From the sequence record MH533020.1: a stretch of DNA of 64,000 nucleotides; one strand, written 5' to 3'. Positions 1 through 9,153 of this stretch are shown here, piece after piece. Position 1 is the first letter of the stretch, and each line of letters starts with the position of its first letter. The notes beneath the pieces are model-generated. The model saw only the letters and a list, made by a program, of their open reading frames with translations. It ran no database searches and had not been told where the DNA came from. The DNA is from Acinetobacter phage ABPH49. The position numbers were made by a program, and so were the translations under genes.

Positions 1-1
1 C

Positions 2-1054
2 TCATCGTTTGGTGGCTCCATCCCACGTACAGCCCTGCTGCTGGGGGAGTCCGGCAAACGCGATGATGAAAAGATCGGTAAGTTTGGTGAAGGCCTGAAG
101 CTTGCCCTGCTGATCCTGTGTCGCGAAGGGTACGATGTGGCCGTTCATACCGGTAAAGAGGTGTGGACCCCATACATGGACCACAGTGAACAGTTCGGCA
201 CCGAGTGTCTGCACATCTTCATCGAAGAGTCAGACAACGAAGATGATAGCGCCGTTCACGTATCGATCGGTGGGTTATCCCGTGAGCAGTTCGATGAAAT
301 TGACGACATGTATCTCTCTGAAGAGCAAATGGAAGACGCAATTATCGAGGTTGATGGTTGTCACGTCTTCAATGCGTTAACGACTGCGCCGGAGTACGAC
401 GACGGAATGTATACGGACGACGAGATCCCTCGCAAAGTTTACTGCGGAGGTCTTTTCGTGTGCAACCTGCCGGAAAACTTCGAGTATTCGTACAACTTCC
501 GCCCAGACCGTATCAAGCTGGATCGTGATCGTAAGACTGTTCAGGCGTGGGATATCGCTTGGGAAATCTCCCGGATCTTCGCTTCCGCTGGCCGCGCCGA
601 CATGATCGTAAGTCTGGCCGGTCAAAAGAAAGAGGATGTAGGGAACTACTCCACGATCCACACAACCTACTACGGTGCGTCTACATCGGGCAAGTCTACG
701 GCTGAGTTCAGCGAAGAGCTTCAAACTCTGGCTGCGGAAAGCTTCAAGACTCGACATGGTGAACGTGCGGTCCCTGTATATGACAACATGGATCACGCAA
801 AGCGCCAGCTCTTGACCAAGGCGATACACAAGGCTGGATACATCCCGGTCAACGTTGGGAAGTCTGAGTTCGACATGATCGGTGACTGTATCCAATTGCC
901 GGAGAACTTGACTTTACCTGACGAGCCAAACATGCTATCTTTGCTGCTCGAGTGGAAAGACAAGTTCGGAGGTGAAACTTCCGAGGCGGGGAATGAATCG
1001 ATGAACGAAATCATCGAGAAACTCCAAAACTGGGTGATGTTCAAAGGGGAATAA
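2..1054 (+). CDS. hypothetical protein, 5'-truncated at the window edge; N-terminal GHKL/Bergerat-fold-like ATP-binding motif (GKFGEGLKLALL)
   Basis: open frame 2 runs uninterrupted from position 2 to stop at 1052-1054; motif recognised by eye only. Confidence 0.5.
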   Translation, partial: SSFGGSIPRTALLLGESGKRDDEKIGKFGEGLKLALLILCREGYDVAVHTGKEVWTPYMDHSEQFGTECLHIFIEESDNEDDSAVHVSIGGLSREQFDEIDDMYLSEEQMEDAIIEVDGCHVFNALTTAPEYDDGMYTDDEIPRKVYCGGLFVCNLPENFEYSYNFRPDRIKLDRDRKTVQAWDIAWEISRIFASAGRADMIVSLAGQKKEDVGNYSTIHTTYYGASTSGKSTAEFSEELQTLAAESFKTRHGERAVPVYDNMDHAKRQLLTKAIHKAGYIPVNVGKSEFDMIGDCIQLPENLTLPDEPNMLSLLLEWKDKFGGETSEAGNESMNEIIEKLQNWVMFKGE

Positions 1055-1055
1055 G

Positions 1056-1235
1056 ATGACAAAGGTGATTTTGTTTTGGGTGATGACCACCCTGAGTGGT
1101 GACGGTATCTCCACACAGGCGGGGACCGCTGAGTTCCCCACTGCTGACCAATGCATGACGGCCAAGGCTATGATCTTGGACCATGCAAAGACACTGTCCC
1201 GTGCTGGAGTTTCTGCACAAGCGGATTGTCTGTAA
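1056..1235 (+). CDS. small protein (59 aa) with hydrophobic N-terminus, probably secreted or membrane
   Basis: ATG 1 nt after the upstream stop, RBS GGGGAATAAG upstream; below the ORF-track length cutoff. Confidence 0.4.
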   Translation: MTKVILFWVMTTLSGDGISTQAGTAEFPTADQCMTAKAMILDHAKTLSRAGVSAQADCL

Positions 1236-1555
1236 TGGACGCCGTAATGATCGCAGACCTTGAGGAAGAGGGTTATGTCTTCCGCCGGGATGGGATCGTA
1301 CTGGGCAAGGACGGCTTTAAAATGCCGTCTTACTTGGCTAAGAGTCCATATCATGTAGATCTTGAGTGTAAAAAGCGTTGGGAAGGGAAACAAAACTTCC
1401 TGATTGCACACCTGATCGCTGCTAAGTATAAGCCTTGCCCGGGCGATCTCAAAAGCGGTACGTATTTCATTCGTCATATCAACAGCTTGCAGAGTGACTC
1501 GTCTGTTGAGAATCTCGAATGGGTTAAATTCACATCTCAAAACGGGGGTGGGTGA
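1236..1555 (+). CDS. hypothetical protein
   Basis: TAATG stop/start overlap with the upstream gene; open frame to 1555 (part of track ORF 1151..1555). Confidence 0.45.
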
Positions 1556-1716
1556 TGGAGAGCTATCACGAAATGATGTGGCGTTGGTATCTGGAGGGTG
1601 CCAGATGCTACAGCTCCGGTGGTAAGATCGAGGACTGTCCTTACAGCCCCGAGGATGAGGAGAGCCATCGCGAGTGGATGGACGGATTTGCTGATGCACA
1701 GATGGGGGATTTATGA
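1555..1716 (+). CDS. hypothetical small protein (53 aa)
   Basis: ATGA overlap with the previous stop; open frame; ends in TTATGA overlap with the next gene. Confidence 0.35.
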   Translation: MESYHEMMWRWYLEGARCYSSGGKIEDCPYSPEDEESHREWMDGFADAQMGDL

Positions 1717-2036
1717 CTTCAGTTCGTTACGATGAGTACGTCAGGGATTTGGGTCTTGATGATTTGAGCAGCCTGAGTGAGTCTCTGGAGAACCGCCGAG
1801 CGTTACTTCGGGACGAGGAAAAGAAAACCGTCTGGCGGATCGTTGATCGGTGGATGTGTTACGGAAACTACCGTGAAGAGGACTACGTCCGAGCTGCACA
1901 GGGCCTTGCCGCACACGCAACCAAGATCTTCAACGATGGGGAGAGGGATCGTGGCGACCTCGAGTTGCATATTCAGGCGGAGAGATTGCCTGCCAGTGAA
2001 TATGCCAAGTGGGAGAAAGAATATGGCTTCGATTGA
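1713..2036 (+). CDS. hypothetical protein
   Basis: ORF track 107 aa; translationally coupled to the upstream gene. Confidence 0.5.
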   Translation: MTSVRYDEYVRDLGLDDLSSLSESLENRRALLRDEEKKTVWRIVDRWMCYGNYREEDYVRAAQGLAAHATKIFNDGERDRGDLELHIQAERLPASEYAKWEKEYGFD

Positions 2037-2364
2037 TCTTGAAATGAAACCTGAGATAGAGTCGGACGAGCCAGTCTTCGACTCGCCTCACGGTAGCATC
2101 TGGATCGTCGCTGTAGACTACGCCGGTAGGGTGAGTGTTCTTCAGACCCCAAATATTCACTACTCTCTACTTGACAACGGTCCAGAGGCGGAGTATCTTG
2201 GGCTTCCTGAGAGTGTTGATGACTTAGACCCGGGGGTTTACCGGTGGAAGTGCAGTTATCACACATCTGTCGATTGGGAATCAGGGCATGTTGACGGCTA
2301 CAGCTTCGAAGTTGAAGAGTCCACACTGCTCTGGAGTCCAGATGAGGAATTACCAAGGGGGTAG
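2023..2364 (+). CDS. hypothetical protein
   Basis: internal ATG (MASIDLEMKPE...) of track ORF 1777..2364; starts just before the 1713..2036 stop. Confidence 0.45.
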   Translation: MASIDLEMKPEIESDEPVFDSPHGSIWIVAVDYAGRVSVLQTPNIHYSLLDNGPEAEYLGLPESVDDLDPGVYRWKCSYHTSVDWESGHVDGYSFEVEESTLLWSPDEELPRG

Positions 2365-2368
2365 TGAA

Positions 2369-2644
2369 ATGCGGTCCACAGAAGAAATCATGGCTGATAT
2401 GCCAGAAGATATGAAGGTGAAGCTGGCTGATATAACTGAGATGTTTTCAAAACTGCTGGCAAATCCAGAGGCTTTCATGCCAAAGGCTGAGTGCAAGGTA
2501 TGCGGAGAGAATCGCAGTCAGGATCTGGTGGCGCATGGCCCGGGCGTTGCCCGGTTCATGTATTACCCTTGCCGCCATAGCGAAGTACACAAGGACCATG
2601 TTTCGACGTGGTATGATGAGAAAGATAACGAGGTGGAGGTATAA
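2369..2644 (+). CDS. small Cys-containing (Zn-ribbon-like) protein
   Basis: internal ATG (MRSTEEIMADM...) with GGGGGTAGTGAA upstream; CxxC...C..H pattern. Confidence 0.4.
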   Translation: MRSTEEIMADMPEDMKVKLADITEMFSKLLANPEAFMPKAECKVCGENRSQDLVAHGPGVARFMYYPCRHSEVHKDHVSTWYDEKDNEVEV

Positions 2645-4017
2645 TGACCAAGTCAGTAACTGAGATCCTTAACGAGCTGCGTGCAACCTCGTCTAAGAAC
2701 GAAAAAGAGCGAATCATCCGTGAGAATGCTGATCATGACGGCCTGCGTGAAGCATTTCGTGTAGCTTACTCGAAAGAGTTGAACTTCTTTGTGCGTGGCG
2801 TGAAGAACACCTACCAGAACCCGGGCCTGCGCCCTCTTTCGGACAGCATCAACGATCTGGTAACGAACATCGCTGGCCGCCTGTACACCGGCGACGAAGC
2901 CAAGTCGTACATGCAGCAGCTGATCGGCTTGTGTGAAGAGCCTGATACGCTGGTGGCGATCATCAACCGCGATCTGGAGTGTGGTGTACAGACAACCATC
3001 ACCAACAAAGTGTGGAAGGACCTGATCACCGAGCCTCCGTACCAGAGCTACACGCTGTTCACCGAGAAGTTGCTGCGTAAGTTCAACTTCAAGGGCGCTT
3101 TCTCCGATGAGAAAATGGACGGTCTGTATGCAGACATCATGGTATGGCCTGATCAGGTTATCTATCGCTCACGATCTGGTAAAGAGCTGAACTTCCGTGC
3201 CCCACAGGCAGTGGAAGATGCGCTGATGTCGGCGGCCTGCACTCGAGGCCCATTCGTGGCACACGGTGAAGGTCTGGTTATCGATCCGACAGCACGTCAT
3301 GGTGTTATGGAACGTGCAGAGGGTAACGGCTATCTGAACCAAGATCCTGAAGACATCGACCGAAACCGGGTCCGACTTGTTGTCTGGGACATGGTTGACA
3401 TGGACGATTACATCGCCCGCAAGTCGAAAGTCGAATATTACATTCGTCGTGACAACACCAGCTTCTTGGTTGCAGAGGTGGATGTTCTTGAGCATTTCCA
3501 GATGGTTCGTGGTCGTAAGATCAACAGCCTGAAAGAGGCGATCGACCACTTCATCGAAATGCGACAGCAGAAGAAGGAAGGGACGGTACTCAAAGAAGCT
3601 GATATGTTGTGGGGTGACAACAAGACCAAGAAGGGTATCAAACTGAAGAATGAGTTTGACGTCGATCTGGAAGTTGTTGCGACGACACCTCACAAGAAGA
3701 AGGAAGGTTGGGTGGGCGCTCTGATCTGTCAGACACGTGATGGTCTGCTTGAGGTTGGTGCCGGTTCTGGATTGACAGATGCACTGCGTGGCAAGTCACC
3801 AGACTACTTCGTCGGCCAGATCATCACGATCAAGGCGAACGACATCACGAAATCTGAGACGAAAGAACTCCAGTCTCTGTTCCTGCCACGACTCAACTAC
3901 AAGTTTGTTGAGATCCGCCGGGACAAGAGCATCGCCAACAGTCTGGAAGAAGTTATCCAAGCTGCTGACTCACTGCTGGAACTGCTGCGTAAAATTGCGG
4001 AGGATGTGGATAAATGA
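2644..4017 (+). CDS. ATP-dependent DNA ligase (T4/T7 ligase family)
   Basis: 457 aa ORF; adenylation motif I K-M-D-G (SDEKMDGLYADI) and overall ligase-like layout; TAATG coupling to the upstream gene. Confidence 0.85.
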   Translation: MTKSVTEILNELRATSSKNEKERIIRENADHDGLREAFRVAYSKELNFFVRGVKNTYQNPGLRPLSDSINDLVTNIAGRLYTGDEAKSYMQQLIGLCEEPDTLVAIINRDLECGVQTTITNKVWKDLITEPPYQSYTLFTEKLLRKFNFKGAFSDEKMDGLYADIMVWPDQVIYRSRSGKELNFRAPQAVEDALMSAACTRGPFVAHGEGLVIDPTARHGVMERAEGNGYLNQDPEDIDRNRVRLVVWDMVDMDDYIARKSKVEYYIRRDNTSFLVAEVDVLEHFQMVRGRKINSLKEAIDHFIEMRQQKKEGTVLKEADMLWGDNKTKKGIKLKNEFDVDLEVVATTPHKKKEGWVGALICQTRDGLLEVGAGSGLTDALRGKSPDYFVGQIITIKANDITKSETKELQSLFLPRLNYKFVEIRRDKSIANSLEEVIQAADSLLELLRKIAEDVDK

Positions 4018-4475
4018 CAGGTGAAGGTTACTTCCTGCTGATCATGGGCGTACTTATCGCCCTGATTATGGTCATCTGGGCCGATGACACATTCTTCAAG
4101 CCAAAGCGTGAGACTCGCCCACCGGTGGAGAAGATCCTCGATCTGATAAAGTCAGAGGCTGGTTCCATAATCGTCCACAATGGTGACCACCTCGCTCCAG
4201 AGAGTGTCATGAAGAGGCAGTTCGTGGATTATACCATTGAAGACCGGATCACAAAGAAGCTGACATGGATCGGGAGGTTCCCTATGCATGACACCCCGGC
4301 AATCTCTGGGGATTTCAAGTGGTTCAATTCTTCGGAGGCTAAAAGGCTGTATCGGATCGTCAACAAGATTGGCACACGCCAAAGGAAAGAGAAAAACGAG
4401 AGGGCCTCAAAGGAACGCTATGAGCGTCATGAGGAACTTCGTAAGAAGGCCGAAGAGACGTATAAATACCGTTGA
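4014..4475 (+). CDS. hypothetical membrane protein (N-terminal TM helix)
   Basis: ORF track 153 aa; hydrophobic N-terminus LLIMGVLIALIMVIW. Confidence 0.55.
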   Translation: MTGEGYFLLIMGVLIALIMVIWADDTFFKPKRETRPPVEKILDLIKSEAGSIIVHNGDHLAPESVMKRQFVDYTIEDRITKKLTWIGRFPMHDTPAISGDFKWFNSSEAKRLYRIVNKIGTRQRKEKNERASKERYERHEELRKKAEETYKYR

Positions 4476-4501
4476 CATACTTCCCCGGGGTCATGTAATA
4501 T
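4472..4501 (+). promoter_or_regulatory. sigma70-like promoter (TTGACA-18-TAATAT)
   Basis: near-consensus -35/-10 hexamers immediately upstream of RBS GAGAGGAGAAAA and GTG at 4531. Confidence 0.55.
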
Positions 4502-4530
4502 GGCCCCACATTGAACGAGAGGAGAAAATA

Positions 4531-5319
4531 GTGGAATACATCAATTCGATGCGTAAGCGTGAGGATTTCTTGGTGTTGGGACTTGATCGAGTGATCAACT
4601 GGAACCTTACCGCTCGCGGATCGCATCAGTTCAGTGACGAAGATGTGGCTCGCCAAAAGAGCTTTGTTGCTGAGGAGCTGAAGGAAACAATCCAAGCATC
4701 CGTGGATAAAAACCGTAAAGAGATTATCGACGGGATCTGCGACATGTTTGTTGTTGCTACCTACTGGAACTTCCTCAAGGTAATGAAAGAGCAGAACGGC
4801 CGCATCAAACCAGAAGACCGGGTTTCTGGACATTTCGACGATGGTTTCAAAGAAATGGTTATCCGAGATGCGAGAATGGACACTCTGGACTACATGAAGC
4901 CGGGTAGTTATTGGTCAGATGAAGAGCCTGTCGAGCTTCTCACGTATCTTGAGAACTGCCTTAATGATGACCGTTCGCATACGTTTGTTGAGATTGTTGT
5001 CACCCTGATGGAAATTCTCGACTTCAATGCCGAATTGGCTCTGGGTCGGGTCCTTGATTCAAACGACAGCAAGATGCCGACTGTGTACGAACTGACAAAC
5101 GCACTTGAGCAAGGTGGTTCACAGTTTATGGATGAACCACGGTCAGTTGATGAGATGGTTGAATTTGAGGCTGACAACCTTAACAGGTACCACGCCGGTC
5201 GCTACTCTGGTATCACCGGCAACATCAATGTTCAGTTGAATCGGGTAGTTTTCAAAGACTCGAACAACAAGATCATGAAGCCTTGCACATTCGCTGATCC
5301 AGCCCTCAGCGACCTGTAA
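4531..5319 (+). CDS. hypothetical protein (GTG start)
   Basis: the N-terminal 80 aa of track ORF 4288..5319 are Arg-rich junk overlapping the upstream gene; a promoter and strong RBS precede GTG 4531. Confidence 0.45.
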   Translation: MEYINSMRKREDFLVLGLDRVINWNLTARGSHQFSDEDVARQKSFVAEELKETIQASVDKNRKEIIDGICDMFVVATYWNFLKVMKEQNGRIKPEDRVSGHFDDGFKEMVIRDARMDTLDYMKPGSYWSDEEPVELLTYLENCLNDDRSHTFVEIVVTLMEILDFNAELALGRVLDSNDSKMPTVYELTNALEQGGSQFMDEPRSVDEMVEFEADNLNRYHAGRYSGITGNINVQLNRVVFKDSNNKIMKPCTFADPALSDL

Positions 5320-5327
5320 GAAAGTTG

Positions 5328-5357
5328 TTGACATAGACCACACGGATGTGGTTTAAT
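5328..5357 (+). promoter_or_regulatory. sigma70-like promoter (TTGACA-18-TTTAAT)
   Basis: consensus -35 plus an AT-rich -10 in the intergenic gap before the 5382 gene. Confidence 0.45.
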
Positions 5358-5381
5358 GACCACCTTACATCGGGAGGCAGT

Positions 5382-5573
5382 ATGCAGATAAGCACTTACG
5401 ACCTTATCACCAAGATTGATGCGGTGGTAGTTTGGAAAGCACGGCGGCGCTGGGGGAAGTTCAAAACTGAGCGCACCGAGGTTAAGTCCCAAAACGAGCT
5501 GGCGTATGTCATGAAGACAATCCGCGAAGCTGGTGAAGATGCAAAATTCGTTCGCATTGAACATAAAAAGTAA
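5382..5573 (+). CDS. hypothetical small protein
   Basis: RBS GGGAGG 6 nt upstream of ATG; within track ORF 5346..5573. Confidence 0.45.
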   Translation: MQISTYDLITKIDAVVVWKARRRWGKFKTERTEVKSQNELAYVMKTIREAGEDAKFVRIEHKK

Positions 5574-5590
5574 TCGAGAGGAGAACAAAA

Positions 5591-5914
5591 ATGGCTAAGA
5601 AAGACCTGATCGCAACCATCCCTTCAGACCCGGCAGCACGTAAGCGCCTGTCAGACACCATCAACGAAGCTGTGAAGCTGCGTATCGGCATCAAAGACAG
5701 TCAGGAAAGCCTTCGCGACCTCATCAAGGTTGAGAAAGAAGACCGAGACTTCTGTCCGAAATTCCTGAAAACCCTGATCGACGGTGAGTTCGACAAGCAG
5801 TACGCAGCAGAAAAAGCCCGCCGTAATCTGGAAGGCAAGATCGAACAGCTGAACGAACTGGACATCCTGATGGGCCGCAAGGCTGAGCCGGAAGCGGAAG
5901 ACGGCGAGGAGTAA
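5591..5914 (+). CDS. hypothetical protein
   Basis: ORF track 107 aa; RBS GAGAGGAGAA. Confidence 0.55.
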   Translation: MAKKDLIATIPSDPAARKRLSDTINEAVKLRIGIKDSQESLRDLIKVEKEDRDFCPKFLKTLIDGEFDKQYAAEKARRNLEGKIEQLNELDILMGRKAEPEAEDGEE

Positions 5915-6144
5915 TGTACATCCACTTCCCGGGTGACGTTTACGAAAGGCTGAGTGTTCTTGCACAGCGCGATGAAATCTCTATCGCGGCCTTCGTGGCA
6001 AAAGAGATGGCCCGGATCTCGAAGGAGCGTGTTACCATCGAGTACACGGTCAAGGAAGAAAGTTCCGCAGACATGCGGGAACTCCGAAACCAGATCCTTC
6101 GCTCGCTGGAAATAGGAAAGATTGGAGCACCTACGTCGAACTAG
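5914..6144 (+). CDS. ribbon-helix-helix (CopG/Arc-like) DNA-binding protein
   Basis: 76 aa; RHH-like segment VYERLSVLAQRDEISIAAFV. Confidence 0.45.
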   Translation: MYIHFPGDVYERLSVLAQRDEISIAAFVAKEMARISKERVTIEYTVKEESSADMRELRNQILRSLEIGKIGAPTSN

Positions 6145-6165
6145 GACGAAAGGCATCCAAAAACA

Positions 6166-6196
6166 CTCAAAGGTCACCTTCGGGTGGCCTTTTTCA
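6166..6196 (+). terminator. rho-independent terminator (AAAGGTCACCTTCGGGTGGCCTTTTTC)
   Basis: perfect GC-rich hairpin with UUCG-like loop followed by a T-run; identical copy at 11831-11861. Confidence 0.7.
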
Positions 6197-6223
6197 ATAT
6201 GGCCCACAATAGGGGAGATAAAA

Positions 6224-6442
6224 ATGAAAGGTTTTTGCTTAGGTGTTAGCGTAATGGCGCTGCTTGTAAACATCGTACTGTATTTCTCTATGCCTTCCGC
6301 ACACGCATCGCAGACCATGAGCCTTGTCGATGAATACCGGGACGGCAATCAAAAAGTCTGTGTGTACAGCGACGGACGCAACAGCGCCGAAGTCAGAAAG
6401 AGCCTTGCAGGGGCTTGTCCTTCAAAACATATTCGGGGGTAA
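6224..6442 (+). CDS. small secreted/membrane protein (signal-peptide-like N-terminus)
   Basis: RBS GGGGAGATAAAA; hydrophobic N-terminus MKGFCLGVSVMALLVNIVLYFSMPSAHA. Confidence 0.45.
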   Translation: MKGFCLGVSVMALLVNIVLYFSMPSAHASQTMSLVDEYRDGNQKVCVYSDGRNSAEVRKSLAGACPSKHIRG

Positions 6443-6444
6443 AA

Positions 6445-6762
6445 ATGGGTAACGTACTCCACATCCATGCAACTGATCGCGCTCTGGCTACTGGGCTGTT
6501 TGCACCGCAGGACTCTCCATCTGAGAACTGTGAGTACAACATGTACCTGCCGTCAGAATCATGCGACATGAAGATCTGGCTAACCCAGATCGACACAATC
6601 TTCCAGAGGGTATACTGGATCGGCTTCGACTATGTGACCATCCATAGCGGGGATTATTCAAGCTTGGCAATCACTGGGATGAAAATCAACCTTGGAAATC
6701 TTCTTTTCCGAGAAGGTTCCCGGGTGAATGTCCCTAGTGACCTGCTGAGGAAATTCCTGTGA
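6445..6762 (+). CDS. hypothetical protein
   Basis: RBS GGGGGTAAAA then ATG; part of track ORF 6415..6762. Confidence 0.5.
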   Translation: MGNVLHIHATDRALATGLFAPQDSPSENCEYNMYLPSESCDMKIWLTQIDTIFQRVYWIGFDYVTIHSGDYSSLAITGMKINLGNLLFREGSRVNVPSDLLRKFL

Positions 6763-7196
6763 AGATAACAGACAAGCACGTATTGTTCTTTTCATACAAG
6801 GATATGTTCAGCAACCACTTCCGGTCTGAACGCCCATTCTTCTCTCCACGTCATGAGCGTGACGGGGTTAAGTTCTATACCGGCGAGCACTTCATGATGT
6901 ATGAGAAGGCAAAGCTGTTCGGTGATGAAGAGATCTCAAAGAAGATCCTTGAAACATTCCACCCTCAGGAGGCAAAGAAGCTCGGACGGCTGGTGAAGGG
7001 GTTCAACAACGATGTGTGGGAGTATCACCGTGAGGACATAATCTTCTCGATCGTGTATTGCCGGTTGGTATACGACCAACACCTACGCCTGTCGGCGCTC
7101 AATCACCGCATGGATGGCCGATCATTCGTTGAGGCGTCCCCTTGGGACAAGATCTACGGCATCGGTCTGAAGGAGACTGACCCTGCGTGCGGCTGA
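6759..7196 (+). CDS. NADAR (YbiA-like, DUF1768) domain protein, truncated by an apparent frameshift
   Basis: YbiA/NADAR-like motifs (GEHFMMYEKAKLFGD, IYGIGL). The conserved C-terminus DDPSQWKGLNLLGKAWDNATDAL continues in the +1 frame to about 7319. Confidence 0.7.
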   Translation: MKITDKHVLFFSYKDMFSNHFRSERPFFSPRHERDGVKFYTGEHFMMYEKAKLFGDEEISKKILETFHPQEAKKLGRLVKGFNNDVWEYHREDIIFSIVYCRLVYDQHLRLSALNHRMDGRSFVEASPWDKIYGIGLKETDPACG

Positions 7197-7310
7197 CGAT
7201 CCATCCCAATGGAAAGGATTAAACCTCCTCGGCAAGGCGTGGGACAACGCCACAGACGCTCTGGCGGAAAAGTGCGGAGGGTACGAGCTTATGAGTAAGG
7301 AGAGAGCAAC

Positions 7311-7415
7311 ATGGGGCATATAATGCTACTGATGGTTTACGCTGGATGGTTCTCATCGGTGGCGTGGCTAAGTTTTACTGGGAAACTGCATTTTACCTTG
7401 ACAGTTTCCCGTTAG
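7311..7415 (+). CDS. very small hydrophobic protein (34 aa)
   Basis: AAGGAGAGAGCAAC ATG; hydrophobic sequence; below the track cutoff. Confidence 0.3.
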   Translation: MGHIMLLMVYAGWFSSVAWLSFTGKLHFTLTVSR

Positions 7416-7426
7416 CGGTGTATGGT
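7398..7426 (+). promoter_or_regulatory. sigma70-like promoter (TTGACA-17-TATGGT)
   Basis: hexamers upstream of the HNH gene RBS. Confidence 0.45.
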
Positions 7427-7487
7427 ATCATGTTCTTCTTCCTGACACATCTGGTTGCTTTCTACGAAGTGAAAAGGAGGGGTTACA

Positions 7488-8000
7488 TTGTCAGATAAGA
7501 TAAAGCACAAGATCTGTCTTATCCCAAGGACATCGTGGGACCAAAACCTGCGAAGCCACCTGACGAAGACAGGTTGGGACAAGGTAAGGCGAAAGTGCTA
7601 CGCAGAACATGGCTATCATTGTCAGATCTGCGGGAACCAAGGTGGTAACGGTAAAAAACACCCCGTTGAGTGTCATGAAGACTGGACATTCGAAGACGGA
7701 GAGGTTAAGCTGGTAGGCCTTATGTGCCTGTGCCCTCCGTGTCATGAATTCCATCACCCGGGGCTGGCCGAGATGAACGGTAATGTCGAGCGTATGCTCC
7801 GGCAGTTCATGAAGGTGAATAACATCACTCGCGATCAGGCGATCGCATACATGAAGAGTGAGTTCAATATCTGGCGGGAGCGCAGCAAACAAAGCTGGAC
7901 CCTCAATATTGACTACCTCGACGAGTACATGGGTGGTGAGCAGGTTGGTAAGAAAAAGAAACCGGTGCTGAAGGACTACGGCCCGGGCGAGGCATTCTGA
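7488..8000 (+). CDS. HNH endonuclease
   Basis: 170 aa; Cys/His-rich HNH zinc motifs (CYAEHGYHCQICG...HH); TTG start after RBS AAAAGGAGGGG. Confidence 0.65.
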   Translation: MSDKIKHKICLIPRTSWDQNLRSHLTKTGWDKVRRKCYAEHGYHCQICGNQGGNGKKHPVECHEDWTFEDGEVKLVGLMCLCPPCHEFHHPGLAEMNGNVERMLRQFMKVNNITRDQAIAYMKSEFNIWRERSKQSWTLNIDYLDEYMGGEQVGKKKKPVLKDYGPGEAF

Positions 8001-8031
8001 GGAGTGCGAGAGAAGTGAAGAGGGGGTTTTG

Positions 8032-9153
8032 ATGGGGTACCCATACGTTAAGGACCTCGCGGAGATCATGTCTCCAGATTGTGAGATTATTCTCGATCTG
8101 GATCAGACGTGCTTCGTGGCGGCGGCAGGAGCCGAGAAGAGAACGATCAAGGCGATTCACACCAAATCAGGGAAGTTCGAGATCTTCAAGAACAGGACCG
8201 AGTTCTGGGGATCCGGTAAGAAAGCGATCGGTGGTTGGCTGAAGGATTCAAACACCAACCGCGAGATGGCGGCAATGAAGGCTGGAAAGACCTTCAGGCC
8301 ACTTGGTCGGGAAGACTTCACAATCGAGGATATTCAGACGCCGGAGCCGGTTGAGAACTGTCTACACCTGCTGAAGGTGAAGATCAACGCAATCCTCGAG
8401 CACATGCAGTGCGAAAACGGTGTGGGTGTTCTGGGCGGGGAAGGAAACTTCCGCCTTGTTCTTCCAACGCCGGAGATTTACAAGGGCAACCGCGAAGACA
8501 CTCTACGACCGCTTCTGTTGGCGGATACCCGCGAGTACGTCAAGAAGAAATACGGCGCGGTTGTGATCGACGGGATCGAGGCTGATGACTACCTGACCAT
8601 GAAACAGTGGGAGGGGTGGCAGCACTACCAGCGGACTGGCAAGTTCAACAAGATCGTTGCCTCGTTCGACAAGGATCAGGTGCAGTGCCCGGGGCTTATC
8701 TTCAACACGATGCGTGAAACGGATAAAGGCCGCGAGTCTGGGTGGAAACACCCGCAGCCAATGCTTATCGACGATTCGATGGGTGAAGTGTGGATGGAGA
8801 AGGGTAAGGTTAAGGGCTGGGGTAAGAAATTCTTCGGCTACCAGATGCTGTTTGGCGACACGTCGGACAACGTCAAACCCTACCAGAACTTCGACATCAA
8901 GTTTGGGGAAGGTGCCGCCTTCAAGGTGATCTCCCCTTGCGACACGGAAGCCGACATGTGGGCTGCGATCGTAGACACTTACAAGGGCTGGTTCCCTGAT
9001 GGTGTTGAGTTTGTGGACCACTCTGGAGTTGAGCGTAAGTTTACTGCCGGGCAGTGGGCGAGCGTAATCTTCCAGCTGGTGTACATGAAAAGGTGGGAAG
9101 GTGACGAAACTTCCTTGACCACAAAACTGAGGGAGGTTGGGCTGATCAAATGA
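8032..9153 (+). CDS. 5'-3' exonuclease / flap endonuclease (T4 RNase H / FEN family)
   Basis: GIEADDYL and LFGDTSDN motifs typical of 5' nucleases; RBS AGAGGGGG. Confidence 0.75.
   Translation: MGYPYVKDLAEIMSPDCEIILDLDQTCFVAAAGAEKRTIKAIHTKSGKFEIFKNRTEFWGSGKKAIGGWLKDSNTNREMAAMKAGKTFRPLGREDFTIEDIQTPEPVENCLHLLKVKINAILEHMQCENGVGVLGGEGNFRLVLPTPEIYKGNREDTLRPLLLADTREYVKKKYGAVVIDGIEADDYLTMKQWEGWQHYQRTGKFNKIVASFDKDQVQCPGLIFNTMRETDKGRESGWKHPQPMLIDDSMGEVWMEKGKVKGWGKKFFGYQMLFGDTSDNVKPYQNFDIKFGEGAAFKVISPCDTEADMWAAIVDTYKGWFPDGVEFVDHSGVERKFTAGQWASVIFQLVYMKRWEGDETSLTTKLREVGLIK

Noticed and set aside
935-1699. 254-aa ORF on the - strand
   Set aside because: It is antisense to several short + strand genes that show operon-style coupling. 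It is Pro/Ser/Arg-rich.
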